A program made the translations under genes and the position numbers. From the NCBI GenBank assembly GCA_030704615.1, contig CM060731.1, positions 72,230,001 through 72,294,000 on the forward strand: 64,000 nucleotides of DNA. Reading direction: 5' to 3'. This DNA is from Takakia lepidozioides. Its lineage: Eukaryota; Plantae; Bryophyta. The notes under the pieces are model-generated. The model saw only the letters and a program-made list of their open reading frames with translations. It was not told the origin of the DNA and searched no databases. Below, piece after piece: positions 63,282 to 64,000 of the stretch (position 1 is its first letter; each line of letters opens with the position of its first letter).

Positions 63282-64000
63282 GGAGGTTGGGTAGCTGCGT
63301 AAGTAGGCTCACGCCAGCAGGCGTGAGCACAAAGGCATATTCTGAATATTCGAAAGATTCTGGAGAATATGCAATTGTGAAACCAAAATGCGCTCATGCG
63401 GTAAGAAATACGAAACTATCTGAAAACCGTGCTTATCTGCCAAAACTCAAAGGTCAGCACACGTAGTTTTCGCCAGCGAGACTTGTATTTTTGCCAACGA
63501 AACTTGGGTTTCGTCGGCAAAATTGGGATTTGGTTTTTCTTTTTAAATTAGTTTTTAAGGTTTCTCCCTTTCAAGCTCATTCTATATGTTTAAGATTATA
63601 TTTAGACACCATGGAGACCCTAATAACGCAGAAAGACCCTATGTCCGTCTATTATATATATTTCCGCTGTCATACATATGACCCCTATAACCGTGGATCT
63701 TTTTTGTGCTCACGCGATACCAAGTAGACTCTGCCTTCTAGTTAAAATTACTAGCTCAAGAGGTTGGGTAACTGCTCACACCAACGAACCTGAACACAGA
63801 GGCATATTCTGCATATTCCCCAAGAATACTTATAATATGCAAAAGCGAAACCAAAATGTGCTCATACGAAAAAATGCGAAACTATTTGAGAACCGTGCTC
63901 ACGCGACAAAACTTATGAAATTAATCGTCCAAAGCTTTAACTCACGTGAGCACAAAAATCCACAAATATGTCTCCCAGACTTCTCAGGTCAGCACACATA
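63282..64000 (-). repeat. Two further copies of the 51.9-55.1 kb MITE-like family (second runs off the window)
   Basis: Starts gaggttgggta at about 63283 and about 63759; shared blocks include aagaaatacgaaactatctgaaaa, ttagacaccatggagaccct and aattaatcgtccaaag. Confidence 0.88.

Overview
This is eukaryotic nuclear DNA from a land plant, probably a non-seed plant such as a bryophyte (inferred from gene content, GT-AG introns and a moss-like 5S remnant). Host genes, in order: a decayed S-domain receptor-like kinase (-); an NPK1/ANP-type MAPKKK with only one intron (+); a divergent Rcd1/CNOT9-like gene (+); an unrecognised single-exon membrane-anchored ORF (-); a giant POK-type kinesin-12 gene of about 40 exons and about 3,900-4,000 aa (+); and CTNNBL1 (+). 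Between about 13.4 and 24.7 kb lies a nested transposon island: a LINE copy with an inverted 5' part, a Ty1/copia remnant, a decamer satellite and a Ty3/gypsy remnant. The most notable feature is that the gypsy pol region carries a full C5-cytosine DNA methyltransferase domain (motifs I-X) between protease and reverse transcriptase. Also present: a LINE insertion with a 19-bp TSD, a short (CATTT)n-tailed retroposon family in kinesin introns, alternately oriented MITE-like repeats, a hAT-like element, a perfect 27-bp palindrome and a 5S rRNA-derived remnant. Repeat boundaries and minor exon boundaries were read by eye and are approximate.
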